DNA from: Proteromonas lacertae
Lineage: Eukaryota
Reading direction: 5' to 3'
Assembly: GCA_002245135.1 (NCBI GenBank)
Contig: NGBS01000033.1
Coordinates: 1-62,680 of the forward strand
Length of the DNA stretch: 62,680 nt
Shown: in pieces, positions 49,117 through 62,037 of the stretch
Numbering within the stretch: position 1 is the first letter of the stretch
Layout: every line of letters begins with the position of its first letter
Translations under genes and position numbers: made by a program
The notes under the pieces: model-generated
The model's database searches: none
Seen by the model: only the letters and a program-made list of their open reading frames with translations
What the model was told of the DNA's origin: nothing

Positions 49117-52100
49117 GTGGTTTATGTAGTTGCGAAAGTCATAGCACCAAAGAGAGAAGCCTTAGAAAAAGCTCAAGCTACAAAAGCAAAAGCTGAAGCT
49201 CAATTAGCCACTAAACGAGCTGAATTGAAAGAATTAGTTGATCAAGTAGAAGCTTTAGAAAAAGAATTAGAAACCACAATGAAAAAGAAAGAAGATTTAG
49301 AAAAACAAGTAGATGATTGTAAGAAGAAATTAGATCGAGCTCAAAGATTGATAGGTGGTTTAGGAGGTGAAAAAAGTCGATGGACTGATTATTCAGCTAG
49401 TTTACAAGTAGATTATGATCATTTAGTAGGTGATATATTAATGTCAAGTGGTATTATTGCTTATTTAGGATGTTTCCCAACACAATATCGAAGTGAATGT
49501 ATAACTGATTGGTTGAAATTATTAGAAGAGAAAGAAATTCCAAAATCCCCAACTTATTCATTAGTTGTTATATTAGGAGATCCAATAGCCATAAGACAAT
49601 GGACAATATGGAAATTGCCAAATGATTCTTTCTCAATTGATAATGGTATAATGTTAAGAAATTCAAATAGATGGCCTTTAATGATAGATCCACAAGGCCA
49701 AGCTAATCGTTGGGTTAGAAATATGGAGAATGAAAATCAATTGAAAATAGTAAAACAATCAGCTTCAACCTTACAAAGATCATTAGAAAATGCAATTCAA
49801 TTTGGTTCACCATTATTAATAGAAAATGTTCCTGAATATTTAGAGCTATTATTAGAACCAATATTAACAAAACAAATCATCGAAAGTGGTGGTACAAAGA
49901 GTATAAGATTAGGTGATAATACTGTGAATTATGATGAAAAATTCCGATTATATATAACAACAAGATTAAGAAATCCACATTATCCACCTGAAACTTGTGT
50001 AAAAGTGAATTTATTGAACTTTGTAGCAACTCAAGAAGGTTTACAAGATCAATTATTAGGTATATTAGTAGGAAAAGAACAAAGAGAATTAGAAGAAAGA
50101 AGAGTAGAATTGGTAATGAAAGATGCCGAATATAAAAAGACATTGGAAGATATAGAAGATCAAATTTTACATTTATTAGCTTCATCTGAAGGTGATATAT
50201 TAGAAGATGAAAAGTTGATTGATACTTTAGCCAAATCCAAACAAACCTCCAATGAGATTATGGTAGCTGTAAAGAGTGCCGAAGCAACACAACAATAAAT
50301 ATCCCATGTTCGAACAAGTTATATTCCAGTCGCAGAAAGAACATCAGCTTTATTCTTCTGTATTTCTGATTTAGCTGGTATTGAACCAATGTATCAATAT
50401 TCATTGGATTGGTATATTAATTTATTCTTATTATCAATTGATAAAGCTGCAAGAACAGCTAATTTGAAAGATCGATTGAATAATTTGAATAATACATTCA
50501 CTTATATATTAGATGAGAATGTATGTCGATCTTTATTTGAAAAAGATAAGTTATTATTCTCGTTCTTATTATGTACAAAGATATTATTAATCAATAATGA
50601 ATTAGATCCAGCTGCTTTTAGATATTTATTAACAGGTAATACTGCTTTGACATTAGAAGAATCCAATCCAGTAACAAAAGAACCAAAATGGTTAAGTGAT
50701 AAAAGTTGGAATGAAATAATTGGTTTATCAAAGATTCAAGGAATGGAGAAGTTTATAGTTCGATTTAAGAAGGAATTAGAAAAATGGGAAGCTATTTATT
50801 TCAGTAGTGATCCAATCACAGAAATTGATGAATTAATGAAAGATTACTTGACATTTAATAAACTATTAGTAATCAAAGCAATCCGAAGTGATGTAGTAGT
50901 TCCAATGTTACAATTATTTATAACTGAAAAGATTGGTAGAAAATTCATTGAAATTCCAAGTAGTGATTTAATGGCTTGTTATAATGATTCTAACTGTTGT
51001 GCTCCATTAATCTTCGTATTATCTCCAGGTGCTGCTCCAATGAATGAATTATTGAAATTAGCTGATAAAATGGGTTTATCTAAAAAACTATTTAGTGTTT
51101 CATTAGGTCAAGGTCAAGGTAAAATCGCTCAAAATGCAATAGCTGAAGCTGTGGATCGAGTTACTTGGGTTTGTTTACAAAACTGTCATTTAGCCGAAAG
51201 TTGGATGTCTGAATTAGAGAGAATTTGTGAAGAAATATCTCCTGAAAGTACTCATCCTGATTTCCGATTATGGTTAACTTCAATGCCTTCTCCCAAATTC
51301 CCAGCTACAATCTTACAAAATGGAGTAAAAATGACAACTGAACCTCCGAAAGGTTTATTAAACAGTTTACAAATTACTTATAACTCATTGGATAAAGAAT
51401 GGTTTGAAAAGAATAAAAAAAGTTATGAATTTAAGAAATTATTATTTGGTTTAGCTTTCTTCCATGCAACAGTTCGAGAAAGAGTAAAATTTGGTCCATT
51501 AGGTTGGAATATTCCTTATGTATTTGCTGATTCTGATTTACAAATCTCAATGGATCAATTGATGTTATTTTTGAATGATTATGAAGAGATTAATTTCGAG
51601 ATGTTAACTTATTTAGCTGGTGAATGTAATTATGGAGGTCGAGTAACTGATGATAAATATCATCGATGTTTAATGAATATTTTGAGTGATTTCTATACAA
51701 TCGATATATTAGATGATAATTATAAATTCTCACCTTCTAGTATTTATTATGCACCTCCTGATGGTCCATTAGAATCTTATATCGAATATATCAAAACCTT
51801 ACCAATCAATGAAAATCCAGAGATTTATGGTTTACATGATAATGCGAATATAACTTGTGCAAATCAAGAAACCAGTCGAATTTTAGATAATATTCTATCA
51901 TTACAAAGTAAGACAAGTAGTAGTGGTGGAATGAGTTGGGAAGATCAATTAATGGAATTAGCTCAAACAATCGAAAAAAGAGTTCCTGATCCATTTGATA
52001 TAGAAAAAGTATCAGTAAAATATCCAGTAATATATGAAGAAAGTTTAAATACAGTGTTGGTTCAAGAATTAATGAGATTTAATGATTTATTATTAGTAGT

Positions 52101-52774
52101 GAAAAGTACATTGGTTGATGTTCAAAAAGCAATAAAAGGATTAGTGGTAATGAGTAGTGAATTAGAAGAATTAGGAAATAGTATGGTAAATGGAAGTGTT
52201 CCAGAGAAATGGAAAAATGTTTCTTATCCATCTCTGAAACCATTAGGAAGTTATGTAAATGATTTATGTCAAAGAATTGACTTTTTAAATACTTGGATAG
52301 ATTATGGATCTCCCAATGAATTTTGGCTAAGTGGATTTTTCTTTACTCAATCATTTTTAACTGGAACTCGTCAGAATTATGCTCGAAAATATACAATTCC
52401 AATTGATGAAATAACTTAAGATTTCTGAGTAATAAACAAAGAAGAACAAAGTAAAATCACTGAAAAAGCAGCTGATGGTTGTTATGTATATGGTTTATTT
52501 ATTGAAGGAGCAAATTGGAATTATGAAACAATGACATTAGATGAAAGTAATCCAAAAGAATTATTTGTTGAAAAAAAGAATTGATGAGATAGACGAGAGT
52601 GAACATCGATATGAATGTCCAACTTATAAAACATCTGAAAGAAGAGGTGTATTATCAACAACAGGTCATAGTACGAATTTTGTGATGATGATCAATTTAC
52701 CAATGAAAGTTGAACATGATCAGAAACATTGGATAAAACGAGGTGTTGCTTTATTAACTCAATTAGATGATTAA
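49117..52774 (+). pseudogene. 5'-truncated axonemal (inner-arm type) dynein heavy chain pseudogene
   Basis: [46 protein letters not shown]. In-frame stops at 50296, 52417 and 52426, plus a deletion/frameshift at ~52570. Confidence 0.92.
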
Positions 52775-52992
52775 TTATTATAATATATTATTTGATGTAT
52801 TGATGTAGTTTATGTTATTTCAAGTTAATTATTAACCATTTTTATTCATTATATAACAACATCTTTGAAAAATAAAAAATTGAAGAAAATTCTAGAACAT
52901 TTCAATTTTCTATAAAACCATTCTTTTCTTTTTGTACATTTATCTAAGTAAATTGAGCTAATTATCTTTAAAATATTTCAATATGTTGATAC

Positions 52993-53996
52993 CTGAGTTT
53001 GGCAAAGGACGTCCTTTTACTTTTTGTCCTGTCCTTTGTCCCATTTTTGCTAAGCTTAAGCCTTAAGAAAACACTGGCGTCCTTTTCTGTCCTTTTCAAT
53101 ATTTCTCTCTTATCTTTCTTATGTTTAGTGTATATTTCACATAATTATAACATTAATGTCCTTTATTATCATTTTATAGACATATTTCTGCTTTAGAACA
53201 AATCATCTTCATGTAACTAATTTTGCCAGAAAATATCAATTCATGTAATAAACAATTAATTATAATATAAATTTAATAATATAATCATAAATTTGCTTAT
53301 ACAAATCTATAACACACAAAATATAGTTCTTTTTAATTTTATTATGAAATTTGATTCAAGCCTTTATTCAAACTAATCATTTGCATTTTAAATGCCAGCT
53401 GAAAAAAAGCATAATCATCCACTTTATTCTCACTTCAATGTAAATGAAATGCTTACATTCCCAAATCAGGTATTATTAAGAATTAAATGCAAGCATTGTA
53501 AGCAGTTTATAATAGATCATGTTACACATTTGCGTCGTCATTTGGCTAAGTATATTATAAGTAACTAATATGAAATAGGTGTAAAGAAAAAGGAGTTCTA
53601 CAATCAGAAATTAATGTTTTAAAGTATACTGAAGAAGATATTAACACTAAGTTAATAAATTATGTTATACAGACAAATTCAAGTTTTCGAAGCATAGAAT
53701 CAAGTAGTTTTAAGGAATTGATCAGATCAATCAATCCCAAGATAAATGAGGAAGGAGAAAAAATATTAGATGAATTTTCTAAAAGTGAAGATATATTCTG
53801 CTTTATTTTGGATCAGTGGCAAAATGTAACAGGTGAAAGTATATACAATATAGCTTGTAAAAATAGCAATGAAATTACTTTTATTGAATCAATTAGATGC
53901 AAAGAAAAAGAAACAGCAGAAAACATAGCAAAGATGATTGAATTAACATTAGAAAAGAATAACATACCTATAAAGCGAGTTGTAGGCATATGCACT
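52993..53996 (+). mobile_element. 5' portion of a second hAT element (BED finger + start of catalytic domain), truncated
   Basis: ATG 53392: LYSHFN..IKCKHCK..HLRRHLAKC (short intron(s)), SFRSIESSSFKELIRSINP, FILDQW, TAENIA..VVGICT, then breaks off. Confidence 0.8.
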
Positions 53997-54330
53997 GGGA
54001 ATGTTGTGTTTTGGGTGTCCACTCAAAATTTGGACACCCTATTTCTAGAGGTGTTTCAACCTCAATACTCATATTTATCTTACTATTATCATAAAACTAA
54101 GCGTTTCTGAACTTATCTTTGTATTTCGTTAACTTTCAATTCACACATTATGACGTTATTTTTAAAATTTGAGCACCTCATGGTCCAGACTATAGAGCAT
54201 AATAACTGCATCTTGGATCTCCAGTTTTTATTTATATATTATGCTTATTGAATGAGAGTGCTCAAAAAATAACAAGAATCGACACAAACATAAGTTTGAT
54301 CATTTCTTCAATTTTTATTTTTTGTAGCAC

Positions 54331-54897
54331 CTGTCGCGCGCGATAAAGAAAATAATAAGTTTCCATTATAGTGAAAATGTTAATACATATTAAGAAGGCC
54401 GAGTGTAAATAAATATAACATTATTTTGTCTAATAAATTACATATGTTGAAATTATCATCAAGTTTTCAATAAGATTTATATCATCTTTTATTAATCTTT
54501 TTAATTATTTTTTTATTAAAATCGCTAGAATATATTAACATATATGTCTTATTAACATATTGATGTATATATAGCACCCTTTAAAAAAATATTTTAATTT
54601 TTATTTTAAACCATCGTAACACCGATTTTGTTTAATCTTATCATCAAAGAACTATTTATTTCAATTTCTTCCAGTGATATATGCAATAAAAATAATGTTT
54701 AATAATAGAAATAAGTAACATGGATATGAAGTAAATATTTATGAATAATAGAACATAACTATTGTATATGACTGTTTTAAGACAAAATAATGTTATATTT
54801 ATTTACACTCGGCCTTCTTAATATGTATTAACATTTTCACTATAATGGAAACTTATTATTTCCTTTATCGCGCAAATTTCTTTATCGCGCACGACAG
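54331..54897. mobile_element. 567-bp non-autonomous TIR element (MITE/foldback)
   Basis: ~100-bp near-perfect inverted repeats (54331-54431 vs 54780-54897), termini CTGTCG..CGACAG, flanked by CAC on both sides. Confidence 0.85.
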
Positions 54898-55264
54898 CAC
54901 CTGTTGTTCCCCGTTGAGTACAACTCCCCGTTGAGCGATTAGAAACTTTAGAAACAAACTAACTACATAATGTTATTACTCATAATGAGTTATGAAGGAA
55001 TATATAGGTGGTCATATAACATATACAACATGTCTCGATATCAACTATTACACCAATTAGTTCACTTTTATTTCATATTATATATGTACATATTATGCTT
55101 ATTAATAATATAAATTTTTTTCAAAAAATTTTAATTGGATGATGAGATAAACAAAAAAAAGTGATGTAAATCCTGAATTTTTATACCCCCTTAATTATTA
55201 TTTTATCGTTAATTTCATAAGTAATTGTTTATATTTTTGTATATTACATACACATATAATAAGC

Positions 55265-55340
55265 TTAATACTGTTTGTCTGTACTCAATGGGATGAAATT
55301 TACTCTTTTCTCCCTGTTGAGTACAGACACACAGTATTAA
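55265..55340. repeat. Imperfect hairpin
   Basis: TTAATACTGTTTGTCTGTACTCAA versus TTGAGTACAGACACACAGTATTAA (one mismatch in 24 bp). Confidence 0.85.
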
Positions 55341-55392
55341 CTTGATACTCTCTGTATATGTTACATACTATTAATTGTATATAAATATATAT

Positions 55393-55468
55393 TAATATCA
55401 AAAATTACTCAAAATTTGACTGAATCTGAAACTAGATTCAGTCAAATTTTGAGTAATTTTTGATATTA
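55393..55468. repeat. Perfect 35-bp-stem palindrome with 6-nt loop
   Basis: 55393-55427 is the exact reverse complement of 55434-55468. Confidence 0.95.
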
Positions 55469-56165
55469 GTATATAGATAGATGTATAATTGTAAAATTAC
55501 TGTAATGATCAATCACTGTAAGAATGTAATTAAACTGTTCTTCTTCAGTAACTGTAAATTTCTCATTGATTTTACTCATATTAATTAGATCACATAACAC
55601 TCTTTCATGTGGATAGCTTGATAGTATCGGTTTTAACGGTTGTTCAACATGAACTTTCTTCAATTCTTTACATCCAGAACATGTTTTTACGAATACATCT
55701 ACCATTTCTCTGGTAATACCATAGTACTTCTTTTCATTTACCAAGTAATACAAAGGTTCAAATGTAATGTGACCATTACCTTGTAATTCTTTTAGTACAT
55801 CAAACGATTCTTCAGTTTTAATAACTTTCTTTCCTTTAAACAATAACTGCTTTGTCTTTTCATCGTAAGAATAACCTTTGTTGGAATAGAAGTTTATATC
55901 TTTTACATAATCATCATATTTCTTTTTGGTAAAACTTCAGCAACGATAATTATCTTCTTCTACTTCATTACTACTAGTAGAACGGCTTCTATTGTTTCCT
56001 TTCTTTCTCTTTTCGATACCTACAGAATGACTTCTTCTGCGTTCTTTTCTCTTTTTATCGCCGCTGGAAGAGACTTTTTCTTTAAACAACTTATCAAGCG
56101 CTTGATAATAAAGAGGTTTGTGATCGTCCTCAAGTACTTGATCAAGGTGTAATACTTCAGAAAAC
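55466..56165 (-). pseudogene. Ginger2/KRBA2-like rve integrase fragment
   Basis: GH..YYGITREMVDVFVKTCSGC (HHCC-like), LKPILSSYPHERVLCDLINM, YILTVIDHYS. In-frame TGA at ~55937. Truncated after the first catalytic Asp. Confidence 0.85.
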
Positions 56166-56367
56166 CTATATATTATGATATATATAAAGAAATAAATGAG
56201 AATTATATGTATATATATAGTTATAGTAATAAATATATATAGCTAATGTTTTTACTGTTATTTTTTATATAAATCATTGAATTCTAATTATGTATTGCTG
56301 AAATAAAACCTCAAAAAACAATAAATTCATACCAACTAATGTAAAATCACCTAAAGTAATACATTAT

Positions 56368-57658
56368 CTAAATACACTTATTCACATTTATTCTTACAAA
56401 CACTCCTTTTGTTTCATCATCATCTGGATTATCTGTTTTAGCATCAAAGTTACGGTTTGAACAATCTAATGTTATTTTTAAATCACTCGATAAATCTTTA
56501 CCAGCTCTTAATTTTAATTCAGTTAAACGGTCAGTACTAAAATTTAATATATCAAAGAATCTATAAGCAAAAGATTGTTGAGAACATCTTTCAAATAATG
56601 TATTTTGAATATAAATAATCAGGAGTATAGACAAAATCATTAATTTGCCATCTTATTCTATCTTGATCTTCAATAAATGGAACTACTCTTCTATCATGTA
56701 TTGCATTGAAATAAGCTCTGTATAATATGAATTTAACATAACTTCCTATACTGCTATTAATACTGAAGTTATAGTTAAATGTATTACTACCAGATATTGG
56801 ATCTTTAGTTACTTGAACTATGTTAAAGTCAGTAAAGTCAATAGGATGATGAGTAGTATTATTAATAGTATTAGCATTACATGTTGGGTCTTTATTGTAA
56901 CAAACGTATAGTCTAGGATTGATAACTCTCATTTCAACAAATGGTTGCCATTCGTTATTATAGACCTTGTACTCAGATTCATGTATAAGCCAATTAACAA
57001 TAGGAGCAAATGTGAACTGAATGTAAATGACTTCACCAAAATAAATATCATTCTTCAAAGCTAAAATTGTATTATATAAATCATAGAAATGATATCTACA
57101 ACGTAATCTACCATGTAATATATCTTTGCCATTTGCTTGTTCGATCCAATGATTAGGAGTACTGTTTTCATCATTAGTTGGTGAACAAAGAAAAATTATG
57201 TCAACACTATAACTTCCATTATCATAAGGATATTGATTTGCAATTTGATGGGCTAAATCTCTATATTCGTTATAACTAGTATCAAGATCACATAACAATG
57301 TTCCTGTTTTGTTGTATACTTTGATAGTTCCAAAATTCATAGTATTTCGCAAAAATAATACATTTCCATATTCAGTGAAATTAGGAGGATCCCAAGCGTT
57401 AGCTTCTTCTTCTCCATCAACATGATCTCTTGTTAGACCAGGTTTAAAATCTAATTCAAATTCAAAGTAACTTTTAGATAGATTAACACAATTATCACCA
57501 GATATTTCAAATGTAATTGAATCACTGTTTGAGTTTGTAGATAAAACAGTTTCATTACGAGCTTGATTTGGAGTCACTAAAATATGATTGTAGACAGGTA
57601 TATAAGCTGGCACAATGCTTTCATGTTTTTGTGAAGCAGGTACAGCAGTGATTGACAT
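56368..57658 (-). pseudogene. Double jelly-roll major capsid protein, frameshifted near the C-terminus
   Basis: SITFEISGDNCVNLSKSYFEFEL resembles the MCP N-terminal motif. After a frameshift at ~56610 it continues to AGKDLSSDLKITL. Directly downstream of the penton gene. Confidence 0.7.
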
Positions 57659-57712
57659 ATTTTATGTTATTTTTTAAAATCAAAAAAATGCTTAAAAATA
57701 GCAAGAAATTTA

Positions 57713-58684
57713 TTAATACAAAATAATCTCAAAATAAATAGGTAAGTTATTTAAATCAATTGCATAACCATCTTGTTGAGAGACTGATATATTCATTCTT
57801 TGATATTTGTGATATTGCATCTTTTTAGCTGTCCATTCAATTTGTGGATTGGTGAATGTTGTATATTCTGCATTTATATCAGTTACAGGTATATTTGCTA
57901 AAACCATTGAATTCTCACCACTATTAACCCAATCACATCTAATTTGTATGAATGACACCCATAGTAAAGAAGGTTGATTTGGTAACAATTTATAATAATT
58001 TATAAAATCTTTACTGAAATATGCATCACTTAAATAATTTGCATGATAAATTGATATACTTTTATTTATTTCATCTAAACCAAATAACTTATATGCTAAG
58101 TTAGGGAATTCCATACTAAAATCTGTAAAGTAATATTTTCCGAAATGAGCAATATAATTAAATTGTAACTTTAATCTATTTTCTGAAGTTTTTTCAAAAT
58201 GAAGTACATCTGTTTGATCATCTACTTTACGAAATGGAAATCTATTTGCAAAATCTTCATCAGGTAATGGTATTACTACATTATCAAATGCATAAAAAGT
58301 AAAATCTAAGAGATTTCTAGCAAAAAAATCTAATAATTCTTTTCCTGTATATTTTCTCTGATCTATTTTAAAATCAATAGTTTTATTATAAGGACCTAAT
58401 TGGTTTTCAGGGTATGCCCATTTTATTGGATTTGTTTCATCTGGATTAATGCATTTATAATAAGTAAAATTAAAGAGTATATGATCATTTACTTCATCTT
58501 GTATTGTATAGAAGTTATTTGGTATAACTGCAGTAATTAAACTCATATATTGATATTTTTCAGTTATAGTTGGAGTATTAATACATCTTGTCCATCTATT
58601 TGAAAATTTTGAATCATAGTATGATGTAGTTAAGAACAATGTTCTTCTATTAGCTAATATGTTGTTACCATCTTTAGGTTGCAT
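57713..58684 (-). CDS. Minor capsid protein (penton)
   Basis: MSLITAVIPNNFYTI, KLFGL, IQIRCDWV..VLANIPV, ISVSQQDGYAIDLNNLPIYFEI match the PLV/Polinton penton pattern. Confidence 0.8.
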   Translation of the reverse strand: MQPKDGNNILANRRTLFLTTSYYDSKFSNRWTRCINTPTITEKYQYMSLITAVIPNNFYTIQDEVNDHILFNFTYYKCINPDETNPIKWAYPENQLGPYNKTIDFKIDQRKYTGKELLDFFARNLLDFTFYAFDNVVIPLPDEDFANRFPFRKVDDQTDVLHFEKTSENRLKLQFNYIAHFGKYYFTDFSMEFPNLAYKLFGLDEINKSISIYHANYLSDAYFSKDFINYYKLLPNQPSLLWVSFIQIRCDWVNSGENSMVLANIPVTDINAEYTTFTNPQIEWTAKKMQYHKYQRMNISVSQQDGYAIDLNNLPIYFEIILY

Positions 58685-58761
58685 TATGATTTATAATTGT
58701 TGAGAAATATTAAAATATAATTTTATTTGAATTATTCTTTAATTTATATATCGTTATATAT

Positions 58762-61393
58762 ATGCAACCACAACCACAAGTTAACAATTCAAATAATGAA
58801 GAAGATGAACCAACAGATGATGATTATGAAGATGAAGAAGATGAAGATAATGTACCTATTGATATGAACAGAATAAGACATAGAAGAAGACATAGAAGGA
58901 ATCAAGTCATACCATTTCAAGATATAAGCGAAGATGATTTGAATAACTATGTGAATCAAGAAGTGAAAAGATTTAACAAAGCATTGATTATACAATATAG
59001 ATTAATTCCTGTAGGATGGCCAAATCATGAGTTTAATAGAATATAAAATTTATATGATGAACATATGAAAATATTTAATTGGTGTAAGAATTTATTTGTA
59101 ACAGGTCCTTTTGCACATGGTAAACCATTAGAAGCTTATAATCCAAAATTAGCAGGAAATGAAAATTCTGCTAATGCAAGAGAATGTGGAATTTTTAAAA
59201 CTCGTATAGCAGATGGTATTGATAAATTGTGTATGGCATCTGATTTTATATTACAAAGAAATCCATTTGTTGTTTTACACCCAAAAGAGAGAATAGGTGT
59301 TACACAACTAGAAAATAGAAGAATTAAAAAAACTCATTATGAAATTGATGAAAGACATCCAGAACCAGAAAATGATTTTAACATAATGAATAATGAACAT
59401 TATAATAGTGCAGCTGAAATAAGAGCAGAAAATGTTATGCAAAATAGACATGATAATATGGTAAGAGGAATATTAGTAAATGCAGACAATGGGAAGTAAT
59501 GATAATAACAATAATAACAACAATGGAAATAATAACAACGATAATAATGAAAATAATAACAACAATGCAAATTATGATATAATTAGCTTTTGTGATTCTC
59601 TGAAAGATAAGTTAAAGTTTTATATAGGTCGTTTAATGAGAACTAAATTTTGGTATTTAACAAATCAAAAAGAAGAAACAGCTTATTCAATTGCGTTAAT
59701 CATATACAACTGTGTAACTGATTTGTATATATTAGCTTTATATTATATACCAATATTAAAAGATAAGTTAAGTGGTAATTATCAAAATGATAATGAATAT
59801 ACTTTACCATATCATTCTGATAGAAGAAATTTTATGGGATTACCAGATGGTGATAATAGAACTGGATATAGATATAACTATTTAGCAACTATACAAAAAA
59901 TATTATCAGAAGCTCATGTACCACAAGGTCAAATCAATACAAATATATTTGCTAATCCTATAACTTTTAGAATGAATAGAGCTTTAGATACACAACTTAA
60001 TCGTCAAATTAAACATAGAAGATCAGTTCCAGCTTATGTTGGAATGAATGTTGCAGATCATAGAAATTGGAGATATGTTGCACCAGCTAATTATCCTCCT
60101 GCTCATCCATCAATTACTGCAGATTTGATTGATAGAAATGTCAATGCATTTTATAATGCATCACCTGCAAATAGTGATAGTGAAGATAATGATAATAATA
60201 CATCAAGTAGTGATACTGAAGAAGATTCAGACACTTATGATCTTGGTGATATGAGTAATCAAATACCACCTCCTCCTTTACCACCAAGACCTATGCTAGC
60301 AAGAACTGTTCAACAACAACCACCTCCACCTCCTCCTGTATTAAATGTATCTAGATCTAATGTAATTAGTTTAAGTAATCAATTTAATCCTCATCATCTT
60401 ATACCAAATCCAAATAGAGACTTTAATAAATCTCATAGATTTTTAGCTAATAGAGAAAATGGTGCAAAAATAGGTGTAACTAGGATAATACAAGAGTTTT
60501 ATACACAATTGTTAACAAATAATGGTAAAATCTATTCAATTGATGCATTTATACATAATCATAATCCACCTTGTACAATTGTAGATGAAAATTCAAGCAA
60601 GAGTTATATGTTCTTTACTGATTGGGTTAGAGAAGAAAACATCAATTTACCTTTATTACCTAGATCTAAATATAATGCAACTGAAGTAAATGATATACCT
60701 CAAAATTACAGTAGTATAAATATGATGTTTTATGGATATGATTACAATAGAAATATATATTCATCTACTGGTTTATTAGAATATTGGTTAAAGAATCATC
60801 GAGGAACACCATTTAATGAAAGACAAGCTAAGCAGGAAATATACATATATAATCCATGTATCAATATTCTATCAGATGATGAAAAGGAAAATAAAAACAT
60901 AAAAGTATTAATAGGTATGGATTATGATAAAAATTGGCCTAACGATAAAAAAATCAAATGTAAACAAATCAAAGTAATAGTATCTCAAGAAAGTGATAGA
61001 GCATGGTATGTAATAAGTGATCCAATGCTTGATTATATGTCATGTGATATACCAGGTGATGGAATTCACAAATTCTATAACTATCCATTCTTTGTTAAGA
61101 TTGGAGATACAGTAGAATTGATAGTACCAGTATCTTTGAAAGATAATATTTATGTATTAAAAGATGCTAGATTAAATGATAAAGATGAAAATAATTATTT
61201 AAAAATTGATGATTATATGAGAAATGCAAATCGAGATAGTATTAATCAAAGAGCTATTGATGATAAAGAAACAACTAAACGTAGAATACAAGGTTTAGGT
61301 AAAAAGCGTAGAAGAAAAACACAATCATTAGTAAAATTGTATACCAAATTGTTTACACACAATAATAAAAGAAAAAGAATAAAAATTATATAG
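58762..61393 (+). pseudogene. Large orphan viral gene (~870 codons) broken by a stop (59044) and a frameshift (~59495)
   Basis: ORFs 58762 and 59065 are in frame across one TAA. The 59480 ORF continues after the shift. Ends IQGLGKKRRRK... Confidence 0.55.
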
Positions 61394-61946
61394 TTTTAAA
61401 TTTTGATTCTAACATTTTAGCTCTTTTTTCTCCTTTTAATGAATTAAAATTTGTTGCTTGCACAAACGATTTATTATTTACTATAATATCAACTAAAAAC
61501 AAAATTGCATGATAACCGCATCTTACACTATCAACTCTTTGATTTTTAACTCTGTTTATTTTAATCTTATATTCATCATTAGGATATTTTTTTAATTTTG
61601 TTAAATCTTTATAAAACTTTGTTATTTGTTTTGGTTTATCTCCAAAACTATCATAGTACATTATCCTCCTAGTATTATTGTTAACACATAAACTAACCCA
61701 ATGACCTATTTTACTTACAGGATCTTTAGTTGTATTAGTACAAAGTATAACACACCAAACATCATCATTTTTACATAGCTGACCTATTTTGCTAAGTTCA
61801 TCCCATAGTATAACACCTTTAAAATATTTTAGTAGTCTAGGAAACATTTTTTTAATGATCTTTTCAATATCAAAATTTGAGAGTGCATCTTCTTTATGTA
61901 AATCACCTGTACCTATATAGTCATTTGTGATATATCTTTTAAACAT
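61386..61946 (-). CDS. Adenain-like (clan CE) maturation cysteine protease
   Basis: GHWVSL, YYDSFG, NQRVDSVRCGYHAILF give intact H-D-Q-C residues. Confidence 0.92.
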   Translation of the reverse strand: MFKRYITNDYIGTGDLHKEDALSNFDIEKIIKKMFPRLLKYFKGVILWDELSKIGQLCKNDDVWCVILCTNTTKDPVSKIGHWVSLCVNNNTRRIMYYDSFGDKPKQITKFYKDLTKLKKYPNDEYKIKINRVKNQRVDSVRCGYHAILFLVDIIVNNKSFVQATNFNSLKGEKRAKMLESKFKTI

Positions 61947-62037
61947 TATATAATTAATAACTATAAGAATTTATTAAATATCAATTCATTTGATAAATTC
62001 TTAACGTTTTTTAATATATATTTATGTTATTTAATTA

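Noticed and set aside
49117..52774. Stop-codon reassignment suggested by in-frame TAA/TGA in dynein
   Set aside because: The stops fall at dissimilar residue positions, come with a deletion and missense changes, and intact genes such as RPL9 end in TAA with no internal stops.
54331..55468. CRISPR array or Polinton terminal inverted repeat
   Set aside because: The repeats are local inverted pairs with no repeat-spacer periodicity, and no partner TIR for the viral block is in the window.
55466..55843. Integrase of the right-hand viral element
   Set aside because: Its HHCC-like finger and KRBA2/Ginger2-like motifs differ from the Polinton-type integrase at 2126, so it is better explained as a separate transposon relic.
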